Part shown: positions 13,618 through 24,551 of the stretch, piece after piece
Numbering within the stretch: the stretch's first letter is position 1
Layout of the letters: each line of letters starts with the position of its first letter
From: Chlorokybus atmophyticus
Taxonomy: Eukaryota; Plantae; Mesostigma and Chlorokybus algae
Reading direction: 5' to 3'
Length of the DNA: 41,805 nt
Assembly (NCBI GenBank): GCA_009103225.1
Contig: RHPI01003467.1
Coordinates: 38,117-79,921, forward strand
The notes under the pieces: generated by a model
What the model saw: only the letters and a program-made list of their open reading frames with translations
What the model was told of the DNA's origin: nothing
Databases searched by the model: none
Position numbers and translations under genes: made by a program

Positions 13618-16600
13618 ATGACCGGTGATGATAGCGACGGGAAGACCCATATTAACAACAACGATGGTCAGCAAGAGGAGGCTACTGCACATGATCCACA
13701 ACCACTCAACATTGATGATTTGCTCAGCAGAAAGGAAAAGCAGCGCCCAAAGAACACAAGCAGCAAGTACGACCGAGGCTTGAAGCAATACAAGGTAAGT
13801 TGCACACATGCGCGCTGAGAGGTATCATTGTAATGTTAACATCAACTTTGTGTCTTGTTTAGAAGTGGTGCATACAGTAACAGCTTGGTGAGCGCATTCA
13901 AGTGGCGGCTGTGGAGAAGTTCATGCTGGCACACCAGGATTGGAGATGGAGTGTGTTGGAAAACATTATTAAGAGTATACATGATGCAGCTAAGGACCTG
14001 ACGATGAGCGATGGGCATGGTACCACTCCTCTTGACTGTAGGCGCAGCCCTATTGTCAAGCAAGGGCTCAATGATGCAAGGCGCAGCATAAGGGACATAG
14101 CCAAGAAGTGAGATTGGTGAACTTGCACAAGCTTGAAGTATACATTATACAAAGAGTGTGAGTTGAAACATTGCGCTTACTGTATTGTCCTGTTTAGGGA
14201 GTTTCATAACCGGCTAGCAGGCACCGATGCTGAAGAGTACACCCAGGACGATTACTTCAGCATGAATGAATATTGGCTGCGCAAGAGTGCCAGTACTAGC
14301 AATCAGATCAAGCATGCTGCAGCTTTGAATGCCTAGTATAACTTTCTGACCTTGTTTTATTGTTGGCCCCACTGCATGGTTGCGATGACTCAGAATGCAA
14401 ACATTTTGTGTTACACAATAGCTTGGACCTTGTCATGCGGCACACTTGTGTATCCAGAGGGGATGTATGTTACGCGGTTGTGGAATGTAACTTTTACAAG
14501 TATGACGTCCCTGATGAAGTCTTAGGTCCAAACCACGGGGTCATGCTATGCTTCGTCTCGCGCAACGGCAATGGATAAGGCGAGATCTGAATTCTTGAGG
14601 TTCGACATCTACCACAGAGTACATGTCATACACTAATATCAATAGCTAATGTGGTAAAATGGCAATGTGGAGTACTTTGGGGGCCTGCGCAATTGGAATC
14701 CCATTAACGACTTCTTTAACGCGTTGGTTTTCCATTTCTTCTACAGGTTTTACAATGCTCAAGCGCCATTCCCCACATTTACAAGCAAGCAATCATGGTA
14801 AGAGCTGAATTCGCTGTAAATGTGTTACTGCGGGCATGAGTGTGGTCCACATTAATGCTGTCGTTGTGCCCACATTCATACACAATGTGGAGTGCAGGTA
14901 TGGCACGCATGTGTTTCCTGGCATGAAGACAGATGAGCCCATCACCTACCGACAACAATGGCAACGCTAGCGTGACGTCAACAGAGCGTGCAAAGTTGTG
15001 TGTACAGGCAGCACATGTGTTTGCGCGTGTGTTGATGCGTGTTTACGCGCGTGTTAACCCAGTTGTGTACAGGGCATCTGAAGACGGAGTGAAGCAAAAC
15101 GGTCGCTGAAACAATGACCATTTCAATAAATCCTACTGCATGCAGTTTCCTGTCTACATGTGCAGTGGTGGCTGGTTATGGTCTTTGCAGCCATGCGACA
15201 AAACATATCCTTGCGCGGTCTCAGGTTCACATTATCAGACGCACTTCGCAAAAAGATTCTTCCCGAGCTTGACCAGCGCTTTGCCGAAGTTCTGCAGATA
15301 CTACCATCAACTTGCAGACTTTAAAATATGCTTGTAATGTGACCAATGCATTTTGAACTTTTACATAGCGCATTTTCGAAGGAGACCTTAAGGACTTAGC
15401 AACGCACAAGCATCTTCAGATGCTGGATTATTTTCGCGATGTGATTGCTCAGGTTTGTTTACTCAAATAGATCAACCACACAAGGCATATTCAATAAACC
15501 ACGGTCTTAACATTGCTTGCTGCAGGATGTAGCCATTATGCGCAGCGACAGACTGCAATTTATGGGCTCGAGCATCCTAGGCCTTAATGCGCTCGCCATC
15601 TGCAACCACGACATCATCAACAACTCGGAGTTTAAGGAGCGGGCGACTTCCGTTGTCAACGCGCACAACTTGTCCACGCAAAAGGAACTGTGACGGTGCT
15701 CGTGCCTTATCACCTGTGAGTTGGTCTAATTAACAACCCTCTCACCAAGACACGGTATTCACACCGGAACCTTGCCCCCTCTGCCAAGCACACACACGCG
15801 CGCCCCGCCACTCGCGTACGCACGCGCATGCGCTCGAAGCTACACACCGACTTGTGTAGCGCCTTGGATTGTCACACAAGCAAGCACACACCAGTGGACA
15901 CACGCTAGCAACCCCTGCTAACCACCACCAGGCTTGCACACAAGAAATTAGGGAGCAAAAGGTTGTATTGCACATTGTAGAATGTCGCTTTAAGCCTAAC
16001 GGTCTGCACATGCTACTGTCTAGACGATTCCCATGCTACACAAAATTAGATGCTAAGATGTCATTGCAGAACCTTGTAGTGTACTTTTAGACCTTTTTTT
16101 ACGCACCAAGATCTTTTGATTAGGTGCTCATATGGTCAAGTTATGCTACTTGGCGCCAAGCCCTTCCAGAAATCTGGTCGAGCCCTTCTCGACTGGCCCT
16201 CCGTTTTATGGCACCTTCCGGACTGGTCTTAGGGGCGCGGTCGACATCCGCGGCAGACTCATAAGTCGCCAATATGTGCCACAAGTCACGAAAACGTGGT
16301 GCTCGATCAATGGGCCAAAAAAGGTCTTAAAATCATGAAACTTTGCCTCGACTGTTACAAGAACGAGCTGAGTACCAAGACTGACCTAATCCATTAAGCA
16401 TATGTGTGCGTCGGGTTTTTGCAAACGCGTGTGTATGCAACATTGATTTATTATGATGCTTATCTAATGCTTGTTCACAGTTGGCCATGATACTGCAAGG
16501 GAGCTATGCGCTGTCAACCACCACCTCAGATCGCACTATTGATGTCGCAAGCAAGGTACAACGCTTAAATTCCATTATGGAGACAGGATTTGCAAAAATC

Positions 16601-17131
16601 AAGGCGCAGCTGAACACGGTCATAAACCTCATCGAAAACCTGCACAGCGGTCTCAATGTTCCTTTGCCAAAGAAGCAAACACCATCCTTTGATGATATGG
16701 TCCCCGATGTTACAAGGTCTCCTTTGCGCAAACGAGCCAAAAGCACACGAAGATGCAACACTAACCACTTCAGCTGCACCACACACTGTACCTATCATGT
16801 ACTAGATGAAGCTGAAGTTGCCAACATTTGCAGCTGTTGGAAGGAGTACAGCGAGGGGATTGATGGTGGTCCTGCCATGCGCGACTTGGATGCGAGGTTC
16901 AAGACCACATGGCGCGCTGGCGATAACAGGATGAAGACGCATTATGGCAAGTGCAATGTCTTGTATAAAGCTATCAAAGAGTTGGCAGTGAAGGAGGGTG
17001 TAAGTGAAGACCAGGCAGCGCGACTACTGGATCTCATGCGTGAGCAGAAGCAGAAGCCATGTGGCAAGAGTTCTCGAGCATTAACAATTGCGGAGTTGCG
17101 TACTTTGATACGCTCAAAGCATAGTGCTTAG
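13618..17131 (+). pseudogene. Crypton transposon tyrosine recombinase (NDC10-II-like domain plus C-terminal GCR1_C-like domain), inactivated
   Basis: Spliced motifs in Crypton order: RPKNTSSKY..K/KWC, NRLAGTDAEEYT, RHTCVSRGD, CFVSRNG, VRH, RFYNAQAPFPTF..SW*, PITY, GASEDGVKQNGR*N, KKILPELD, LDYFRDVIAQDVAI; last exon 16481-17131 has WKEYSEGIDGGPAMRDLDARFKTTWR. Multiple in-frame TAA/TAG/TGA and frameshifts. Element ends not identified. Confidence 0.85.
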
Positions 17132-19521
17132 TTTATATGACGTGCTTATGGTGCTTTGCAGAGTGAATTGATCTGTTACACCCAAAGCATAGTGCTTGAT
17201 TGATATGATGTGCTTATGGTGGTTTGCACATGTGTACACAAACGCACCTGGTTAAACCGTTTGTTGTTGCGTTGCCTTGATATAATCACTGTATTGTCGT
17301 TGCATATACACACTTGCTTGCACACCATGCATTGCAGATGTGCACCCACGCGCACGCGCGCACACACATGTATGCACGCGCATGCGCACGCGCAATCAAG
17401 TAAAACATGTATACATACACATTTATGTAGTTGCTGCTCGCGTGCAACATGCCATATTAGTATATGGATACTCTATCATTGAATGGTTATATACATATAT
17501 TTATACATATGTGTGTGTATACCAGTACTTCATATGTATATGGCACATACATAATAACACATATATACAAGTCATGTCACTACACCAAGTTGCAATTAAG
17601 TATACATAGCGTAAACTACTTACCTTTATTTATATCATATACAACCTTTGTGTACTATGTAGGGTGGTCGGCGCAGCTCGCCCTCGTCGGCGCTCGGCAC
17701 TGCCCTCCGCCGACGCGCGGTCAGCGCGGTTAACCGCGCGGCCGGCGCCCCACAGGCCGCGCGGCTCAATCCCCGGACAATCCCGCCGGTCGCGACCCCG
17801 CACGGGTGTCCAGAGCCCCAGGCCATGTGTCGATGGTTCCGACTCTGGTACAGACTGGTGAGTCCCTGGTACTCATAGTGTACGATGTGCCGCTTGGCGA
17901 CTGTCGGTTGACGGCGGTAATTGCTGATGGACAGTCGGCGATTGTCACTTTGATAGGCCCATCGGCTGCGCCTATGCATGTATAAGCAGTCATAGACTTT
18001 ACCAATGTCTATAAACGGACGATAAGTAGACAGCCGCAACTCGGCGGCTGCCAGTACACCACACGTGGAAGGCCATCAATGGCCATCCCATAATGTACCC
18101 GCGACTGCCGAATTGCGGCCCGCCTGCCTCTCAATAGCTAGAGGGCGATTACGGATCTATTTTTACAGATCTGGATCGTCCGCACATTCCCACATCATAC
18201 AACTGCTTAGAATATATGCCAATATATATATATATATATAGATTATATCTCTGATGTGTTGCAAGATGAAGCACATATGCTACAACATGGTGCAATATGT
18301 ATAGCAACCTGCAGTTAAGTGTTACAACACTTAGTATTCATTCCAACATATCATTCACGCCACGGTACGTGCTAAGATATGCAGTAAGTAATGCCAAGGT
18401 TACAACCATTAATATAATGCTCACCTGAATTACCTTAACGTTAAGATTCAACTAAAACGAAAAGTCGTATCGTTAGGCCACCATTTGGTCACGCAAGAAG
18501 TTGATCAAGTTGGATCGCAACGGAAACAACAGCCGGTGCTGCAACAAACAGCAAATTGGCGAATTGTTGCAGAGATGCAAAAAAAATGCTAAAAACTATC
18601 TCGGCGGCAATTGCTTGCCAACGGCGACCCAAAATCGCTAGCGATTTCGTGCAATTGCAGCATGGTTAGTGCTTGAAACGGCCGCATTTTTGGCGGTACG
18701 AGGTCGGGGCAGGTCCCATACCCCAAAGACATGCTGCCACTACTCACCCTCGTTCTAACTGATCCACTCTACCATCTAACGCTAATTGATTACACGCTAT
18801 AGTTACTGCGTCATCAAACATGGTCAACAGCCGAATAAGGCTACAAGCTTATGTTGATTGCAACTTCATGCATTCTGCTCAACATACACATTATCAGTGC
18901 AATTCAAGCAAAACATTAGAATATAGTCGTATGGTAATCTATTGTGCATATCATTACCAATAAGTGCATAAGATATTCAATTTAATTATATACGCGTTTA
19001 TTTAATGTTTATATGCTATGTTATTATATTATATGAATCACATTTACAAGTTACTTTATTTCATTATTAACTTGGAAATGTACAAGCGATCAAGGTGTAT
19101 TGATTAATTAATAGCACAGCCGCAGACTGCAGCCGCAATACATGGACAGCCCCTTATTGTTTGACCTTAGGCCGACAGCTTATTAACTGTCGGCAAGTGT
19201 GCACCGACAGTCGGTGCGTGCCTGTTACTATATATATATATATATATATTATATACTACGTAAGAAGTCATGATAGCACGTTGACGGTGAGATACGAACC
19301 AGCATAACCAGTGTACGCGGTGCAGCATTGCGGTTTCGCCAATGACGGTTTCGCCAGGGGTCTCGCCAGGTTGCACTAGAGGCCCCCGATGCTGGTGGTT
19401 GGCGAAACCCCGCCTTTCCCGCCAACGCCGACAGTTGATTACAAATTCTTAAACTTTGGCGGGCAGTTCATGCACTAGTAGCGGCGGCGGCGGCGGCAGC
19501 GGCGGTGAGGTTGACGCTGTA

Positions 19522-20101
19522 ATGGCGGCTATGTGCTTGAGTAACGATGAGGTGTCTGAGGGCCAAGAGCAGAGCACCCTCGCCACACGCAATGTTGGAG
19601 GTGCTCCCAAGTCGATGGTATGGGAGCACTTCAATCAGGCTTTGGGCATGGGCAATCACAACAGGCGAAAGGGGGCAGTGTGCAAGCACTGTGGCAAAAG
19701 GTACAAAGATGCACGTGTAGAAGCCATGGAGAAGCATTGCACAGTCGAGTGCAGAGAGATTGAGCCGTCAGTGCGGGCTGCTTTGGTGGAGGCGCTGGTA
19801 TCAAAGAATGGGCAAGCAGCTGCCAATGCTTCTGAGTCTGCCATCGGGCGTGGGCGCAAGCGGCGTGTGGAGCAGTCTGTGCTAACTGCTCACTATGAAG
19901 GCGGTCCATTTGGAAAGGCCCTGCGCGAGGAACTTGATGCCAAACTACTGCTGCTGGTGGTGATGTGCGGCATCCCCTTTCGCGTAGTCGACAGCCCATA
20001 CTTCTTGTCATTGGTCAACACACTGCGCCCAATGTGGGCCACACCAAGTGAGTTTGCAATGCCTTGTCTGCATGCCAGTTAACTGTCAAGTTGTTGGCAG
20101 C

Positions 20102-20134
<33 letters not shown>

Positions 20135-22639
20135 GCACTTGCTGTTGTGCACTTGTTGTTGTTGTTGTTGTTGTTGTGCATATCAGTCAGCTGCCATAGT
20201 GTGGTTGTTGCTATCAACATTGCTGTTGTTATTGTCATTAACCTAGTCACAAAGTGCTTGGTGCTCTTTGTCACCTGCTACATTCATTGCATGTGCATGT
20301 GCATGTGCAGGTGCAACCAAACTAAGAACCAAATTGCTTGTAGATCAGCATGCTGTCATACAACACAAGTTTGAGGAGCGTATGAAGACTGAGAGCAGTG
20401 CGAGTGTGTGCATTGATGGATGGACAAACGTCAACAACCAGTCGATATATGCGTGCAATGTCATCACCTCCGACCGCTGTTCACACCTACTGAAGGTGTT
20501 GGAGCTCAGTGCTGAACGGCATACATCTGCCTACTTGACAGGTATGTATACAGAGGTTGTGCAACATGTGTGAGTATCAATGATTTCCTTACATGTTGCT
20601 TTGCATGCAGAGGTTTTCCGCGAATGCATTGATCAGGTGGGTGCTGCAAAGGTTGCAGCACTTGTGACTGACAATGCTGCCAGCATGAAACTAGCACGCC
20701 GCATGCTGACCAGCGAAGACGCTTATCGTCATATCATTGAGGTAAGGTATGCATAGCGTGGTGCTGACACAGTCGTCCCAGTGTGGATGTGTGTTCACAC
20801 ATGTATATGTGTACACAGGTGTTTTATGCATGGGTTTTACCTCACTATGGGCTCTTGCCTTGGAAACGATTGGGCAAAAGATATAGTAGTCAGTGCTCAA
20901 AAGGTTGTGACCTACTTTAGAGCCTCCCATAGGCCCCTTCAGCTGTTGAAAGACGCTGCCAAAAGTGCTGGCATCAACACCACTTTGTACAGCTCCAACA
21001 AGACCAGATTTACCTCCGTGTATAGGTGAGTGTGGTCTGTGTGTGTGCTCTGCACATGTTTGCGTTCATACTCACTGAATAGATCAGCCTCATCAGCCAT
21101 CAGTGACAGTATCACTTGTTGTCTTGCATTGTGCAGGTGTTTGCTGTCAGTGCAGACCTTGGAGAGTGCACTACGCTATGTGCGCAGACAGCACCGTGAC
21201 GACATCAAGAACAAGACTGTTATCGACATCATTGATAGGCAAACATTTTGGGCAGGGATGGCAGCTCTCTGCGACTTGCTTGAGCCCTTCAGCAAAGTGA
21301 TTAGTGCTGTACAGGCAGAGAATGCAACTCTGGCAGATATTACGCGGTATTGGTTGTATCTAGCGCGGGCAATCAAAGAGGTCAAGCTGCCATCAGGTCT
21401 GGGTTGTTCATGTGACTTTGTGCATGCATGCGGGGCTGTCATCCATGGTTATGCGTTGGTTGTGCAGATGTGCGCCACTTTGTAGTCAACGCATACAATC
21501 AGCGGGTGAGAGAGCTTGATACACAATTGGCCAGACTGGCTCTCTTTCTTGATCCACGATACAAGCACGCTGCGGATGACATGACCAAGTGGCAGCAACT
21601 GCTAACACAAGTAAGCATGCCCTACAATGCCATGTCTGCTCAGCTACAAACAAAGCATGACCCATGCTCTGATGTGCAGGCTGTTCAGCTCTTTAAGAAA
21701 AGAGGGCATGGCGCAACTGAGTGCCAGCGCTTGCTATCGCAGCTGCTCTTGTACAAGAGTTCTCTCCATCCTTTTAACCAGCCAGCTGGAGGGGAGGGAT
21801 TTAGCTGCAGAGCATGGTGGATGGGAGTATGCACTCCCAACACCACCGAGCTTGTCAACCTCGCATTGTTATTGCTCGATATCGTGCCGCATGCCGCAGC
21901 ACCTGAGCGCACGTTTTCGCTCATGGGTTGGTTCCATTCCAACCGAAGGAACCGCTTAGCAGGTACTACGGTCGGGATGATGACTGCTATCAAGATGCAC
22001 TACACAAGCGAATCAAAAAAGTAAGAGTGTGCTGTTCTCGCTAAGTATTTTGCTCTGCTTGACATGATGGGTAACGTGTGTGCATGTGTCAGACCTGATC
22101 GCAGTGCCATTGATGGTGACGGAGGTGATGCTGACTGGGAGAAGGATGCAAGCATTGAGGAGGATGAGGAAGTGGAGCCCGACGAGCTTGATACCATGCT
22201 GCAAGACCTGTACAATGAGACATGTGATGACGATTTTCTGACTGCTCCGGAGGCCCACGTTGAGCAAGTGTTGGGTGGATTCAACCTTGACCACCACACT
22301 CTCTCTCCCACCTACGTTCCAGTCATGGCTGAGGCTGTAGCTCCAAACCTTGGGCCCGCGCTTGGCAACTACACCGATGCTGACTTTGATGTGCAGCACC
22401 TGCTCAACGAGCACATGCTGACTCATGCTCACATGCATGCTCCACAACCCATTCCTACCATGCATGCTCAGCAGCCCCTCCCTTCCATGTCAGCGCAGCA
22501 AAGCTTTACGACAACACACATTTCCGCGACACCACCCGAGTTGCGAGGTCACGGGGTTGTGCTCAACCAGCACATGTATCAGCAAATGTGGAACACCATG
22601 CTATCTCAGTCGCAGAGCTTTGTAGATAGGCAGCAATAG
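19522..22639 (+). CDS. hAT transposase with BED zinc finger, 8 exons, 796 aa, intact in my splice model
   Basis: Exons 19522-20047, 20311-20541, 20611-20746, 20819-21025, 21137-21396, 21468-21610, 21680-22020, 22093-22639 (2391 nt, all GT-AG, no internal stop). Motifs: VWEHF..CKHC..HC (BED), IDGWT, VTDNAA, CFMH, TRF, LFLDPRY, APERTFS. Confidence 0.93.
20101..20176. repeat. (GTT)n microsatellite, interrupted, in hAT intron 1
   Basis: Directly visible. Confidence 0.9.
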
Positions 22640-23175
22640 ACTTGCTGATTTTAATACGATGTATGTTTTATTTTTGTGTTTTTGTTGTTGTACATGTTTG
22701 TATGCTACAGTCAGTAGTACACAAGTTGTGAGCTCGTAGCAGCTTCCTAACAGCTGCATTGCAAGGCAATGAACGTGCAAACAGCCAAATACGACTTGTA
22801 TGAGCCGTGAGAGGCTGTAAGAGGTTTCGCCAGGTTTCGCCACATGCACCTAGAGGGGTGCACCAATCGCCAGGGCTCGTAGGGTTGCACCGCGTACACT
22901 GAGCATAACTACTGATTTGTGCCGTACCGTACATGGTGCCGCACGGACCAAATACGGTCCGCCATAGCAGGGCCGCAGGGCCGTGGGACCGCACTGGTCC
23001 TTTTTTGTGGACCAGCGTTATGTACTGGTTCGTGCCGCACCATACATTGTCACAACGGCACGGACCATACGTGGTGCGCTGCTGCGCGCCAGGCTTTGGG
23101 GTCTTAAAAGAACCATGTATGGCCCGCGGGGTCCGTGGAAGGACCATATATGGTTCTCAAACGTCAAGCCGTGTG

Positions 23176-23823
23176 AGCTGCATCATATCTCCCATGTCGT
23201 CCCCAAGCTCCTCGAGCTGTGCGAAAGCTGAAGGGGGGATGTAGGTAGACTGCCGCCTTAAAAAAGAACACACGTGAGTTCAATGTGCGCCCTATGATGG
23301 CCGCAGTGGCCACGGTGGCTGCCAACTCACCTGTGCGCATGGCATGCATACATGAGCAGATACTGCATATAGTAGCCGTGTACGCTGCAACTACTATATA
23401 TCGTCAGCTGTTGTGTCGGTATGTCCCACCTTTGCATCACAATGTCCAGCTGCAGGGGCAACCACCATAAGCGTTGAATGATGCAGCACATGTCAAGCAA
23501 CCCATTGCTCTCAACCCATGAGTGCCGCAGTACTGGAGCCGGCCGTCTTCGGCACATGCTTAAAGGGCGATGCTCAGCACTTGGTCTTTGATTACGTGAG
23601 CATCGGCGTACTCAACCTTGCCGAAAGCCATTACTGCAACGGACAAACTCTCCAGCGCATGTCGCACGGCAGCGTAACAGACATCGTGCAACAGGCCCAA
23701 CTGCACAGGCTCGTCAATCCACTGAGTCAGCATCCCTCGTAAAATGCCGCGCAACTCCTCTGCAGCAACTATGGCATGATCCGCAATTGCTGGTGCATGA
23801 AAGGGGAAGGTCCATACATGCAC
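23176..23823 (-). pseudogene. 5' portion of decayed gene X
   Basis: Fragments AEELRGILRGMLTQWIDEPVQLGLLHDVCYAAVRHALE and QYLLMYACHAH, a GTGAG..TTTAAG intron, then RQSTYIPPSAFAQLEELGDDMGDMMQ, which runs in frame into the 10714 side. Confidence 0.5.
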
Positions 23824-24551
23824 GCATTAAGCCATTATACACAGTTGTTACTAGCACATATAGATAGCCACACAGTTTGGTGTACACATGCAGCAAATTG
23901 CTACGCATGCATAGATAGCCAAACAGTCTGTTGCACACGTGCTTTTTGCATGCAGGGGTACCCACATTGCAAACTGGTCGACAGCATGCAAAGTACATAT
24001 CTAGTTCAACAACACTTCCGATATGCATGCACAGGCAAACACTATAGTGCAAGCATGCCACATATATGCAGGGACTGCCACACATTGTGTTACATACATG
24101 TTACTTGCATGCAAACTACACATCTGGTTCAACAACATTTGCAACACGCACGGATAGCGTTATAGTCTCACGCATACTTGCACTTGCATAAAAAGTGCAC
24201 ATCTTGTTCATCAACTACGCTGACATGCAGCCACAGCCTTCACCACATACACTTGATACACGCCTTGCACCGAATTGCTTAACCTTACTTGAGCCATGGC
24301 CGCCTGTTGGTAGTCAATGGTGATGGGTGGAGGATGATGAACGACACCAGTAGCTGCCCCCCCGCCGCCCCCCCCTTCATTCCTCAACCAACCTCACTGC
24401 CACCGCCAACAATCAGTACCACCAGTCACATCATTGATGGCTGTCAATGTAAGCATTTTTTGGGCTTGATAGGAGATGACAGCTGCAGATCATGGTTGGT
24501 CTTGAGTTGCGAGTATTGAAATTCTTGCACGCATTGCTGCCTTTGGCAACA

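Larger units (their letters stand above)
19309..22901 (+). mobile_element. Full-length hAT DNA transposon (3593 bp)
   Basis: Perfect 16-bp TIRs CAGTGTACGCGGTGCA (19309-19324; 22886-22901); perfect 8-bp TSD AGCATAAC (19301-19308; 22902-22909); subterminal GTTTCGCC motifs at both ends. Confidence 0.97.
10715..23175. mobile_element. Element E1: CMC/EnSpm(CACTA)-like DNA transposon, apparently non-autonomous, containing nested Crypton and hAT
   Basis: Termini cacaccgcttgacgtttttggaccacaaatggtcc (10715-10749) and the reverse complement of 23141-23175 match at 29/35 nt; AGC on both sides (10712-10714, 23176-23178) as 3-bp TSD; excision restores an ORF. Superfamily inferred only from CAC termini plus 3-bp TSD. 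Confidence 0.75.
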
